Position numbers and translations under genes: made by a program
Shown: one piece after another, positions 8,262 through 18,631 of the stretch
Position numbering within the stretch: the first letter of the stretch is position 1
How the letters are laid out: every line of letters starts with the position of its first letter
NCBI GenBank assembly: GCA_963665235.2
Contig: CAXXLX010000001.1
Location: 2,912,001 to 2,976,000 of the forward strand
Reading direction: 5' to 3'
Source: Candidatus Poribacteria bacterium
GTDB lineage: Bacteria > Poribacteria > WGA-4E > WGA-3G
Length of the DNA: 64,000 nucleotides
Notes under the pieces: generated by a model
Database searches by the model: none
What the model was told of the DNA's origin: nothing
What the model saw: the letters and a program-made list of their open reading frames with translations, nothing else

Positions 8262-9726
8262 AAAAATAGCCATGGTATCCAAAATTCCTGGACCCCTTAG
8301 GGAACGTCTCCAAGAAATCGGTGAGGTAGGGGGGGATGCAACCTATCTCGTCGGTGGATTCGTTCGGGACCTGCTGCTCGGGCGGCCGAGTCTTGACATT
8401 GATATTGTCATAGAGGGGGATGCAATTGAGGTGGCAGAAGCGATACAGCAGCGTTGGGGAGGCGTGTTGCATGTGCATCCCCAGTTCGGCACAGCCACTG
8501 TTACGCCAGACAGTCCGGCATATCCGAAGGTTGACTTCGTCACAGCGCGTCGTGAAACTTATCAACGCCCCGGAACGTTACCTACAGTGGAAGCGGGAAC
8601 TATTGCAGACGATTTGCAGCGACGCGATTTTTCCATTAACGCCCTAGCGATGCGGTTAGAGCCCAATGTTTTTGGAACCGTTGTTGATAAGACAGATGGG
8701 CTTGCGGACCTTGAGGCGGGGGTCATTCGGGTGCTCCACGAACGGAGTTTTTTAGATGACCCAACCCGGATTTTTCGGGCATTCAGGTACGCTGGACGTT
8801 ACCGGTTTCAGCTTGCCCCAGATGATGTTGCTCATATAGGGAACGCACTGCCAGTATTAGCACAGCTCAGCGGCGAACGGATACGAAACGAAATTGACCG
8901 GGTGCTCCTAGAGGAAAATGCACCACAGATTGTGCAACACCTGACACAATTCGGCATATTTGAGACCATCTCTGTAGGTTGGCAGATAGACACCACGTTT
9001 ACGCACGAATTTCGAACGGCTCAACAAGCACTCACTTGGGCATCGCAGCACCTCGCGGATGAACCGTTTCAACCGAATCTTGTGCGATGGATGGCACTCT
9101 TCGGCAAAACCGTGCCGACATATCAAATTGAGGCAGTCAGCTTTAGACTCGTATTGGAACACCAGTTACAGAAGTTGGTAAGTCGTTCCCAAGCTTTGCA
9201 ACGCGGGATTTCACTGGATAAGGTAACGCAATCCGCTTTTGAAACACTCGGATTTCCGTTATCACAGAACGTCTCAGTTGCATATCAGAACGGAAAGTGG
9301 TACGGTGTGGATTCGGAAAATGGGGCGACTTACGTGTGTGGCGATGGGAATCTCTATCGGGTGCAAACACCGTTGACAGCATATCGGGAGTTAGAACAAG
9401 CTTTTGCTTCCATAAAACCGGAAACGAAACCGAGCCAGATTTATCAGCTGCTAAAACCTTATCCGCTTGAACCGTTAGTGCTCACATACTTAGATGCAAC
9501 TATACCAGTGTGGCAGCGCGAAAAAATAGGGGATTACCTATTCCATCTTCGTAAGATTCAACCCCTCATCACGGGAGAGGATTTGATAACGTTAGGCGAA
9601 AAGCCGGGGAAAACCTTTGAAACACGTCTTCGAGCACTCTTTGCTGCACAGTTAGATGGAAAAATAACAACAAAATCGGAAGCAATGTGTCGCGTGCGGG
9701 AAACCAAAGGCGGGACGATAAAATAG
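8254..9726 (+). CDS. Class II tRNA nucleotidyltransferase (CCA/A-adding family)
   Basis: VGGFVRDLLL, DIDIV, DLQRRDFSINALA and DDPTRIFRAFRY. The true start may be ATG 8272. Confidence 0.85.
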   Translation: MYEKIAMVSKIPGPLRERLQEIGEVGGDATYLVGGFVRDLLLGRPSLDIDIVIEGDAIEVAEAIQQRWGGVLHVHPQFGTATVTPDSPAYPKVDFVTARRETYQRPGTLPTVEAGTIADDLQRRDFSINALAMRLEPNVFGTVVDKTDGLADLEAGVIRVLHERSFLDDPTRIFRAFRYAGRYRFQLAPDDVAHIGNALPVLAQLSGERIRNEIDRVLLEENAPQIVQHLTQFGIFETISVGWQIDTTFTHEFRTAQQALTWASQHLADEPFQPNLVRWMALFGKTVPTYQIEAVSFRLVLEHQLQKLVSRSQALQRGISLDKVTQSAFETLGFPLSQNVSVAYQNGKWYGVDSENGATYVCGDGNLYRVQTPLTAYRELEQAFASIKPETKPSQIYQLLKPYPLEPLVLTYLDATIPVWQREKIGDYLFHLRKIQPLITGEDLITLGEKPGKTFETRLRALFAAQLDGKITTKSEAMCRVRETKGGTIK

Positions 9727-9745
9727 GATGGAATTCAGATAAAAC

Positions 9746-10435
9746 ATGTTTACGCCAGACCGAGTCTACGAAGCAATCCTTCGCGTTACGCAGTTCATCA
9801 TTCTCCTAACCTTTCATGAGTGGGCACATGCCAAATCGGCTAATATGCTAGGTGATTCGACGGCACGCGACGAAGGGCGTATGTCCCTCAATCCAGCTGT
9901 GCATATTGATGTTGTCGGGACGTTGTTTTTACCGTTAATTGGCACATTTTTTGGCGGTGCATTCTTCGGTTGGGCGAAACCGGTGCCAGTGAATCCGTAC
10001 AATCTCAAAAATCCGAGAAGGGATATAATGTTGATTGCAGGGGCGGGCCCGTTCATGAATATCGTTCTCACCTTTGTGATTCTTGCGGGGCTTAGAATAC
10101 TAGAACTAGAGGTTTTTTTCAAATTTGATGCCTCCGAGTCTGCAACGCATCTCATAATTAAGAAGGAGATAATTTTCACTGCATTCATTAGCGTTATTTT
10201 GGCAGCGTTTAACATGCTTCCACTTTTCCCATTAGATGGATTTAGTGTTGTAAACGGGTTGCTCCCGGAGAGTGCGGCACGTCAATTTTCTAAACTTGCG
10301 CCGTATGGCATGCCGATTCTAATCGGTCTGATTTTTCTACCTGGCCTCCTGCGATTACCGAACCCGCTTCGGTTGTTGTCGGAGCTCAGCTGGGATATAC
10401 TCAACCTGATTGGGGGAATCGTTGGTGTGCGATGA
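9746..10435 (+). CDS. Site-2 protease (M50) family protein
   Basis: HEWAH, GWAKPVPVNP and NMLPLFPLDG. Confidence 0.9.
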   Translation: MFTPDRVYEAILRVTQFIILLTFHEWAHAKSANMLGDSTARDEGRMSLNPAVHIDVVGTLFLPLIGTFFGGAFFGWAKPVPVNPYNLKNPRRDIMLIAGAGPFMNIVLTFVILAGLRILELEVFFKFDASESATHLIIKKEIIFTAFISVILAAFNMLPLFPLDGFSVVNGLLPESAARQFSKLAPYGMPILIGLIFLPGLLRLPNPLRLLSELSWDILNLIGGIVGVR

Positions 10436-11219
10436 AGAGGAGAAAATTCCGAATATGGTAGCCGAAACAATTGCGCCGTTTCCAGATATAGCCTCCATTT
10501 ATTCTGTCAAACTTGATGGTTTCGAGGGACCGCTGGACCTGCTGCTCCATCTCATTCAGAAAGAGGAGATGGATATCCATAATATTCAACTAGCGGAGAT
10601 TACCGACCGGTACCTGGAATATGTCAATTTAATGGAGCAGCTAGATTTAGATGTGGCTGCCGAGTTTTTAGTGATGGCGGCAACGCTTCTTCATATCAAA
10701 TCGCAGAGCATGCTCCCGCAGTTTACCGCTGATTCCGAGCAGTCCGCTGGTGACCAAGAGAAATTGGTTCAACAACTTTTGGAGTATAAACAGTTCAAAG
10801 AGGTTGCACAGGTTTTGGACATCTACGCGGAACGGCAAACCTCGGTATATAGCAGAAGTGCAGCACTGCATGCGGAGATGGATGGCACTCGTGAGTTTGA
10901 AATTAAAGCCACGCTCTTTGACCTACTCACCGCTTTTAGAAATGTTAACGAACGGCTTGAAGCAACGGAACCCGAAGATATTTATGAAACAGGCGAAGAG
11001 GAAACCGTTACCGTTGAAGATAAAATTGCCCTGATTGAAAGCTATCTTGCCAATATGGACCAATTGCTTTTTGATGACCTGTTCCCCTTATCTGAAAGCA
11101 GGATAGATTGGATTGTAACATTCCTTGCTATTTTGGAGCTTATTCGGATAGGAAAAATTGTCACTGTCCAAACGGGGCATTTTGAGAGTATCTATATTGT
11201 CAAAAAATCGCAGGAGTGA
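10410..11219 (+). CDS. scpA: Segregation and condensation protein A
   Basis: FEGPLDLLLHLI and FLAILELIR. It lies upstream of scpB. The exact start is uncertain. Confidence 0.9.
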   Translation: MGESLVCDEEEKIPNMVAETIAPFPDIASIYSVKLDGFEGPLDLLLHLIQKEEMDIHNIQLAEITDRYLEYVNLMEQLDLDVAAEFLVMAATLLHIKSQSMLPQFTADSEQSAGDQEKLVQQLLEYKQFKEVAQVLDIYAERQTSVYSRSAALHAEMDGTREFEIKATLFDLLTAFRNVNERLEATEPEDIYETGEEETVTVEDKIALIESYLANMDQLLFDDLFPLSESRIDWIVTFLAILELIRIGKIVTVQTGHFESIYIVKKSQE

Positions 11220-11235
11220 AAATAGGAATTTTGTT

Positions 11236-11862
11236 ATGGATATAGAACATGTTACCGTTGAACATCCGCCAAACGAACCGGATGATGGGGTGTTTGAACA
11301 GAAACCTAAATCGATTTTAGAGGCGATTCTGTTTGCTGCAAGTGAACCGATTTCCATGAAGCAGTTTCAGCACGCGCTTCCGGGGATAGGCGTGCGTCAG
11401 ATTCGGAAAGGATTGGCTGAACTTCGGGAAGAATATCAGCAGACAAACCGAAGTTTTCAGCTCGTTGAAATTGCAAACGGGTATCAACTCTGTACCTGTC
11501 CCGAATATTCGGAGTGGATACGAAAATTTTACACCCGGCAGGTGCGCGTCACTCTGTCCCCATCCGCGTTAGAAACGCTTGCCATTGTTGCCTACAAACA
11601 GCCCGTCACGCGGGCGGATGTGGCAGCGATTCGCGGCGTGAACAGCGATAGCGTCCTTAATTCCCTTGTGGAAAAAGGACTCGTTTGTATCGCGGGTAGA
11701 AAAGAGGGCGCGGGCCGTTCCTTGCTGTTCGCCACTACCGATGCGTTTCTGCAACAATTCGGGTTGAAGGATTCAACGGAATTACCCTCACTTGAAGAAA
11801 TTGAGCAACTCCTTACCACATCAGACGGTATGGAGCTCCCCAATCCCGTTCAGGAAGAATAA
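11236..11862 (+). CDS. scpB: SMC-Scp complex subunit ScpB
   Basis: LEAILFA, LETLAIVAYKQPVTR..IRGV and FLQQFGL. Confidence 0.92.
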   Translation: MDIEHVTVEHPPNEPDDGVFEQKPKSILEAILFAASEPISMKQFQHALPGIGVRQIRKGLAELREEYQQTNRSFQLVEIANGYQLCTCPEYSEWIRKFYTRQVRVTLSPSALETLAIVAYKQPVTRADVAAIRGVNSDSVLNSLVEKGLVCIAGRKEGAGRSLLFATTDAFLQQFGLKDSTELPSLEEIEQLLTTSDGMELPNPVQEE

Positions 11863-11866
11863 AATC

Positions 11867-13195
11867 ATGAACTACAACGCACAGTTCCAGTGTAGTGAAG
11901 GATGCGAGGAAACCTACCCGCTCACCGAAATCATATACAGATGCCGCAAGTGTAACGGGTTGTTACAGGTCCAGCATGACATTGCCGCCCTAAAAACGTG
12001 CAGCGCGGAACACTGGAAATCTCTCTTTGAAAAACGGTACATGCGAACCCAATACCCCTACGGAAGTGGGGTTTGGGGAAAAAAGGAGCTGGTCTGTCCC
12101 AACATTGAGGACGATAACGTCATCTCTATGTATGAGGGTGGCACAAACCTGTTCTGGGCAGAACGATTTGGCGCGCAACTCGGTCTTTCAGACCTGTGGA
12201 TTAAGCAGTGTGGCAATAGTCATACCGGCTCCTTCAAAGACCTCGGTATGACCGTGCTTGTCTCTATGGTGAACCAGATTATTGCCGAAGGCGGAGATAT
12301 TCGCGCTGTTATGTGCGCCTCCACTGGCGACACGTCAGCCTCTTTAGCTGCTTACGCCTCCGCAGCGGGAATTCCCGCTATCATTCTTTTACCGAAGGCG
12401 AAGGTTACACGTGAACAACTCATTCAACCGATTGCTAACGGCGCACTGACGCTTTCACTTCAAACAGATTTTGATGGATGCATGAAAATCGTCCAAAAAC
12501 TCTCCGCTCGCAAAGATTTCTACCTTGCCAATTCCATCAATTCCATCCGAATTGAGGGACAAAAAACGATTAGCGTTGAGATAGTCCAGCAGTTCGATTG
12601 GGAGGTGCCAGATTGGATTATTATTCCGGGGGGCAACCTCGGTAATGTATCCGCGCTCGGGCTCGGGTTCTTAATGATGCAGGAGCTCGGTATCATAGAC
12701 AAATTACCGCGGATTGCTTGTGCACAAGCCGAACGGGCAAATCCACTCTATCGAAGTTATCAAACCGGGTTCACGGAATTTCGCGCAATTACCGCACAAG
12801 CCACCCAGGCGACAGCCATTCAGATTGGGAATCCTGTCTCAATTCATCGGGCTATCCGCACCTTGCAGCGGTTTGATGGTATTGTGGACCAGGCTACCGA
12901 AGCGGAATTGGCGGATGCTGCTGCGCGGGCAGATAGAACCGGACTGTTTAATTGTCCGCATACCGGGGTCGCCTTGGCTGTCCTGATAAAGATGGTTGAA
13001 CGGAAACAGATTCGTCCGGAGGATAGGGTTATCGTTATTTCCACAGCGAACGGGCTCAAATTCCCGGATTTCAAGGTTGGGTACCACAACGTTTTGCCTG
13101 ATAAGCCGCCGCCGCGTTATCTAAACGAGCCGATTGAATTAGAGGCGGATTATGAGGGTGTGCTGAAACAGGTTGATGCACATCTTGATGCCTGA
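11867..13195 (+). CDS. thrC: Threonine synthase
   Basis: HTGSFKDLGMT PLP-lysine motif, CASTGDTSA and PGGNLGN. Confidence 0.92.
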   Translation: MNYNAQFQCSEGCEETYPLTEIIYRCRKCNGLLQVQHDIAALKTCSAEHWKSLFEKRYMRTQYPYGSGVWGKKELVCPNIEDDNVISMYEGGTNLFWAERFGAQLGLSDLWIKQCGNSHTGSFKDLGMTVLVSMVNQIIAEGGDIRAVMCASTGDTSASLAAYASAAGIPAIILLPKAKVTREQLIQPIANGALTLSLQTDFDGCMKIVQKLSARKDFYLANSINSIRIEGQKTISVEIVQQFDWEVPDWIIIPGGNLGNVSALGLGFLMMQELGIIDKLPRIACAQAERANPLYRSYQTGFTEFRAITAQATQATAIQIGNPVSIHRAIRTLQRFDGIVDQATEAELADAAARADRTGLFNCPHTGVALAVLIKMVERKQIRPEDRVIVISTANGLKFPDFKVGYHNVLPDKPPPRYLNEPIELEADYEGVLKQVDAHLDA

Positions 13196-13254
13196 AAATT
13201 TTAATTGGCATAAGGCAATTGGCCAGGACTTACGCAAATTTAACACATAATATT

Positions 13255-13274
13255 GTAGGCGAGGTCCCCTCGCC
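13255..13274 (+). repeat. GTAG-type REP-like palindrome
   Basis: GTAGGCGAGG-TCC-CCTCGCC. Confidence 0.55.
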
Positions 13275-13501
13275 CGCTAGGTTTCCCTCTAGAATTATGG
13301 AAGAACACCCGTGAGCGCACTGCCCCCAAATTTGCCCGCATGTGACCCGAAATCGCGCAACTTTCCAAAAGCTTGGAAACAATCCTATTTCCGTAGAAAC
13401 TACGACAGTTGTCGTGGGGGGTATATTTGTCCGGATTGCGACAAGGTTTTCTCAGGACCGGCAGGTTTTGCGAAACTTGAAGCTGACCACGTTATACCAT
13501 A

Positions 13502-14903
13502 ACCTAAGTTGCCACATAGTAGCATAATCTTCATGAAGATTAAGAAATTAATTCGGTAATTTCTGTTTTTATGTTATCCTATTGTCCCAGGAGGTATTGT
13601 CTTATGTCAAAACGCCATGAACTTGAACTCAGTAAAGATGAACGCCAAAGACTGATTGAACTCCGCGATACAGGGGAACCCGCTTATCTTCGGGAACGTG
13701 CGGCTGCCCTGCTAAAGATAGCCGCGGGAACTTCTCCACACAAAGTCGCCCTCAAAGGGCTGCTAAAGAAGCGAGATCCGGACACTGTTTATCCAATTCG
13801 GCCTGGCTTCGCCGATACCAAGAAGAGGGCATTCAAGGATTGTTTCATAGACCGGGCCGTGGCCGCAAACCCGCGTTCGCCCCCAAATCCCCCGAAGAAG
13901 CAGAAACCGAGGCGTTGACGGCTATAGGACAAGACCCGGGACAAGTCAAGGCACATCAAACGCGCTGGACGCTTCGCACGGTTGGCGAGGTTGTGCCGTG
14001 GCTTGCTAATATCTCTGTGCCGGGTATCCATCAAATCTTCTCACGCCTGGGCATCAGCTATAAGCGTGCTAGACTGTATTTGCAGAGTCCGGATACAGAC
14101 TATGCCAAGAAAATCGAACGGATACAGCAAGTTTTAGAAGAGACCCATCAAAACCCACAGAACACGGCTGTGCTTTATCAAGATGAGTTCTCATTTTACC
14201 GAAACCCCACTATAGCAAAAGACTGGGCACAGACAGGGACAAAAACGCCATTAGCCCATCAGAGTTATCAATCGGATAAAACTATTTATGGTATCGGTGC
14301 TATGAACCCCCATACAGGAGACGTTGTTTATCAGCAAGTGCCAAGCTGCACAGTTGTAGCCCTCCATACATTTTATACCGAGATTTGCCAACGCTATCCC
14401 GACAAGCAACGGATTTATCTTATCCAAGATAATCGGGCGATACATTTTCACGCCAATTTGATGGAGGCACTGCTGCCGCAATCGGTCTCCTTTGTGAAAC
14501 CGACCCCGCCGAATTGGACCGGAAAACTTTCCGAGAAAATCGGTGAACTGACAAAACTCCCGATTGAAATAGTGCAGCTGCCGACTTATGCGCCGTGGAC
14601 AAATCCGATTGAGAAGTTATGGCGATGGGTGCGGCAATCGGTTCTGCATATCCATCGCCTCTGCGATGAGTGGGAGACCCTCAAAGACAAGGTGCTTGAC
14701 TTTATGACACAGTTTAGAGGCGGCTCACAAGCATTGCTACGCTATGTCGGATTATTACCGAATTAATAAATTAATCTTCATCCAGATTGTGCATATTTGT
14801 GTGCGAATTGGAAGTGAACTGGACAAATATTAGCTAATTATCAGCATATTTTCATTAAAGACGGTGTTTCCAGGTCTAAAAACTTATAAGTAGCAACTTG
14901 GGT
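13502..14903. mobile_element. Composite insertion: outer MITE (ACCTAAGTTGC/GCAACTTGGGT TIRs, 7-bp TSD TACCATA) containing an IS630-family element
   Basis: TSD at 13495-13501 and 14904-14910. Inner imperfect 22-bp TIRs at 13522-13543 and 14771-14792. Confidence 0.8.
13604..14766 (+). pseudogene. IS630-family transposase, frameshifted near 13793-13800
   Basis: HTH N-terminus and a DDE_3-type core (YQDE, QDN, LPTYAPWTNPIEKLW). DTVY and AWLRRYQEEG are separated by 8 out-of-frame bases (CCAATTCG). Confidence 0.85.
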
Positions 14904-15030
14904 TACCATACTCGCGAGGCGGCTTAACCGTGTGGGAAAACCTCACCTTGCGGTGCAAACCTTGTAATGTCACAAAGAGTGACAAGATGTAGTCCTTTTG
15001 TATCATCACATCATCGCATCATTTAACAAT

Positions 15031-15060
15031 TTGCAATAAATATGCAAAATATGGTATAAT
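15031..15060 (+). promoter_or_regulatory. Putative sigma70 promoter of xylA
   Basis: TTGCAA-18 nt-TATAAT with an extended TGn. Confidence 0.55.
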
Positions 15061-15115
15061 TTAAATATTCAATTCATAAACTTCGCCGAACTTAACAAAC
15101 GATAGGAGTCAATGC

Positions 15116-16285
15116 ATGTCAGAACAGTATCAGCCTAAGCCTGAACATAAGTTTACCTTTGGATTGTGGACCGTAGGCAACCCCGGCCGTGACCCATTCG
15201 GGGATGTTGTCAGACCCCCCTTGAAACCTACCGATAGCGTCCAGAAACTCAGCGAGCTGGGGGCGTACGGTGTCAATTTGCACGATAACGACCTTGTTCC
15301 GTTTGATGCTTCAGCCTCAAAACGTGATAAAATTGTCAAAGAATTCAAGAAAGCACTAGACGACTACAACATGAAAGTGCCGATGGCGACAACCAATCTT
15401 TTCTATCATCCGATTTTTAAAGATGGCGCGTTTACCTCAAATGACCCGAAGGTACGGGCATTTGCAATACAGAAAACCCTTAACGCTATTGACCTCGGCG
15501 TTGAATTAGGGGCGACCGTTTACGTCTTCTGGGGCGGACGCGAAGGCGCGGAGGTCGACGCTGCGAAAAATGGGCCGGATACCATTAAGTGGAACCGCGA
15601 GGCGATGAACTATTTCACACACTATGTGAAAGACCAAGGATATGACCTCCGATTTGCACTGGAAGCAAAGCCGAATGAACCGCGCGGGGACATCTACCTG
15701 CCAACAACTGGACACATGCTCCACTTTATTGAGACGCTTGACCACTCCGAAATGGTCGGAGTTAACCCCGAATTCGCACACGAAACGATGGCAGGATTGA
15801 GCTTCATTCACGGTGTCGCACAAGCGTATGAGGCGGGAAAACTTTTCCATATCGACCTGAATGATCAAAAGATGAGCCGATTCGATCAGGATTTACGGTT
15901 CGGTTCTGAAAATATCAAGGCGGCGTTCTTCCTCGTCAAATTCCTTGAGGATGTCAACTGGGACGGTTCACGTCATTTCGACGCGCACGCTTATCGAACC
16001 GAAGATGAGGAAGGCGTATGGGATTTTGCCGCAGGGTGCATGCGTAGTTATCTAATTCTCAAAGAGAAGGCACGCCGGTTTAACGAAGACGCGGAAATTC
16101 AGGAAATCCTCGCTCAACTCCACGCGCGCGACGAGGAGCTTGAAGAGCTCATGGCAACTTACGATGCCAAAAAGGCCCGAAAGTTGCGAAAAATAGATTT
16201 CAAGCCGGATATCCTAGCAGCGAAAGGACTCGGCTACGAAAAACTCGACCAGCTCACCTTTGAAATCCTGATGGGGGTTAGGTAA
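15116..16285 (+). CDS. xylA: Xylose isomerase (class I)
   Basis: [33 protein letters not shown] and FDQDLRFG. Confidence 0.95.
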   Translation: MSEQYQPKPEHKFTFGLWTVGNPGRDPFGDVVRPPLKPTDSVQKLSELGAYGVNLHDNDLVPFDASASKRDKIVKEFKKALDDYNMKVPMATTNLFYHPIFKDGAFTSNDPKVRAFAIQKTLNAIDLGVELGATVYVFWGGREGAEVDAAKNGPDTIKWNREAMNYFTHYVKDQGYDLRFALEAKPNEPRGDIYLPTTGHMLHFIETLDHSEMVGVNPEFAHETMAGLSFIHGVAQAYEAGKLFHIDLNDQKMSRFDQDLRFGSENIKAAFFLVKFLEDVNWDGSRHFDAHAYRTEDEEGVWDFAAGCMRSYLILKEKARRFNEDAEIQEILAQLHARDEELEELMATYDAKKARKLRKIDFKPDILAAKGLGYEKLDQLTFEILMGVR

Positions 16286-16344
16286 GGCTGCTATAAACGT
16301 CCCACCCTTACGTGGCTCTTTCTATTACGGGGGGAGTATTGCTT

Positions 16345-18258
16345 ATGACTACACTCATTATTGCGGTTTTGAGTTTTTTCGGTTTCATCGTTGCCTACCA
16401 TACTTACGGGAAATGGTTAGCACAAAAAATCTTCGGGTTAGACTCTGAAGCAACTGTGCCGAGCCGAGAGCTACAAGATGATATGGATTATGTCCCGACT
16501 AAAAAGGAGGTCATCTTTGGGCATCACTTCACAAGTATTGCGGGTACGGGGCCTATCGTTGGGCCTGCCATCGCTGTCTTTTGGGGATGGTTGCCTGCTT
16601 TGCTATGGGTGATTCTGGGCTCTATCTTTATCGGTGCGGTGCACGATTTCGGTGCGCTCGTCGTCTCGCTGCGCAATCGTGGCCAAAGCATCGGCGAAGT
16701 TGCTGGGAGAATGATTGGGGCGCGTGCCAAATTTCTCTTCCTTTTCGTCCTCTTTATGGGATTAACGATTGTCCTCGCCATCTTTGGACTGGTCATTGCC
16801 CTGATTTTCTCCTACTACCCGGAATCTGTGCTATCGGTGTGGGTGGAAATTCCGCTTGCAGTAATCATAGGCGTTTGGATTTATCGCAGAGGTGGCAATA
16901 TTCTCATTCCTTCCATCGTTGCGCTCGGCATTATGTACATTGCCATGGCAGTTGGGGCATATATTCTCCCCATTGATTTGGGACAATGGTTTAGTATTCC
17001 GTTGCTTGGTCAAACCTACACAAGCGTTGTGGTAATTTGGACGTTAGTGCTTTTTGTCTACTGCTTTATCGCCTCTGTCCTTCCGGTTTGGACACTGCTG
17101 CAACCGCGCGATTTTATCAACAGCCATGAGCTCGTCTTAGCACTGCTTTTATTGGTTATCGGTCTTGCCATTGCAGGGTTCACAGGACAGGCGGATTTGA
17201 CAGCCGCCGCGCCAGCGATTGCTTCAGATATCCCCCCGGACGCACCACCGATTTGGCCCTTCCTCTTTATTACGATAGCGTGTGGAGCAGTTAGCGGATT
17301 CCACTGCCTGGTTAGTTCTGGCACGTCTAGCAAGCAGGTTGCCTCCGAGGGCGATGCACAATACGTTGGATACGGTGCAATGCTGCTTGAGGGGGGACTT
17401 GCCGTTGTGGTTATTCTCGCCTGCTGTGCAGGAATTGGGATGGGCATTTTCAACCGGACTGTTGACACTACCAGCCCGGCGGGGTATGCATTCCAACCTA
17501 TCCTCAAGGGAGATACCACACAACCTGTTATTAATAGGGATGCATGGCGAACTCGTTATGCTACTGAAAAAACGGTAACGAGTGCTGATGGCACGACAAA
17601 GGCAGTCGGTGGATGGGCAAGCCACAACCTCAAAGCGAAGGTGAGTGCGTTCGTTGATGGTGGTGGAAATTTCCTTGCATCCCTCGGTATTCCGCTTAAA
17701 ATGGGCATTGCGATTATGGCGGTGCTCGTTGCAAGTTTCGCAGCTACAACGCTAGACACGGCTACGCGGCTCCAACGGTATGTTATTCACGAGCTTGCAC
17801 AAACGGTCAACTTCAAACCTTTGACGAACCGTTATATAGCAACCGCGTTCGCACTATTTCTTGCCGCGGCTGTTGCCTTGCTGCAGGGACCGAGTGGCCC
17901 CGGTAGTGGCGGCATGACGCTCTGGCCGCTTTTCGGTGCAACGAATCAACTGCTGGCGGGACTTGCCTTCATGGTTATCGTCTTCTATCTCCTGCGGCGC
18001 AACAAACCTATCTGGTTCGCGTTCCTACCGATGGTAGTTATGTTAATCATGCCGGGCTGGGCGATGTTACATCAAATGTTCGCCCCTGGTACCGGTTGGT
18101 TATTTACAGGCAAATATCTGCTGTTCGGATTTGGCGTTGTCGTCGAATTGCTGCAGGTCTGGATGATAGCTGAAGGTGTTATCGCCTGGCGCAATGCAAG
18201 AGGGAATTACCCTGAACTTCCGCCTTTGCAGACTCTCGCCGCTGAAGGTGAGGCGTAA
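16345..18258 (+). CDS. cstA: Carbon starvation protein A family transporter
   Basis: GHHFTSIAGTGPIVGP, ACGAVSGFH, TTLDTATR and FGATNQLLA. Confidence 0.92.
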   Translation: MTTLIIAVLSFFGFIVAYHTYGKWLAQKIFGLDSEATVPSRELQDDMDYVPTKKEVIFGHHFTSIAGTGPIVGPAIAVFWGWLPALLWVILGSIFIGAVHDFGALVVSLRNRGQSIGEVAGRMIGARAKFLFLFVLFMGLTIVLAIFGLVIALIFSYYPESVLSVWVEIPLAVIIGVWIYRRGGNILIPSIVALGIMYIAMAVGAYILPIDLGQWFSIPLLGQTYTSVVVIWTLVLFVYCFIASVLPVWTLLQPRDFINSHELVLALLLLVIGLAIAGFTGQADLTAAAPAIASDIPPDAPPIWPFLFITIACGAVSGFHCLVSSGTSSKQVASEGDAQYVGYGAMLLEGGLAVVVILACCAGIGMGIFNRTVDTTSPAGYAFQPILKGDTTQPVINRDAWRTRYATEKTVTSADGTTKAVGGWASHNLKAKVSAFVDGGGNFLASLGIPLKMGIAIMAVLVASFAATTLDTATRLQRYVIHELAQTVNFKPLTNRYIATAFALFLAAAVALLQGPSGPGSGGMTLWPLFGATNQLLAGLAFMVIVFYLLRRNKPIWFAFLPMVVMLIMPGWAMLHQMFAPGTGWLFTGKYLLFGFGVVVELLQVWMIAEGVIAWRNARGNYPELPPLQTLAAEGEA

Positions 18259-18377
18259 TATCCTGTGAGTCGACAGGACGTTGTCTGAATCGCGGATTAT
18301 CACAGATTTTAGAATGTGTAGCATCCGTGTGAAACCCCGCTCCTCAATGATTTAATCAGAGTGCGCCTGCGAACATA

Positions 18378-18443
18378 GTAGGGGCGAGATCCCCTCGTCC
18401 TGTAAACACGGTTTCAAATCGGGCGGGGGGACCCCGCCCCTAC
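18378..18443. repeat. Inverted doublet of GTAG-type REP-like palindromes (REPIN-like)
   Basis: GTAGGGGCGAG..CTCGTCCT followed by GGGCGGGG-GGA-CCCCGCCCCTAC. Confidence 0.65.
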
Positions 18444-18631
18444 GCACTGCACCTCCTAACAATACAGAAGCAGGACAATTAAACCGGCATAATGTCTATT
18501 GTGCTCGGAAACCTTCCGCCTGCCCTGTGAAACCTCTGAAAATACAGAATTATGCAACCGTTTTTCCCCTAACTAGCGTCATTTTAATTAGATAGAGTCG
18601 TTATCAAACTACTGTTTTTTGGAGGCACTCG

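Larger units (their letters stand above)
13311..14992 (+). pseudogene. HNH endonuclease gene interrupted by an insertion
   Basis: Removing 13502-14910 (the element plus one TSD copy) joins CPDC...ADHVIP to YSRGGLTVWENLTLRCKPCNVTKSDKM and a stop at 14990-14992, restoring a canonical HNH. Confidence 0.88.

Noticed and set aside
13224-13238. CAGGACTTACGCA, resembling an IS/MITE terminal repeat
   Set aside because: I found no matching inverted partner or TSD in the window.
13780-13920. Programmed ribosomal frameshift in the IS630 transposase
   Set aside because: There is no slippery run at the break. The frames are separated by 8 extra bases, which looks more like a lesion, footprint or error.
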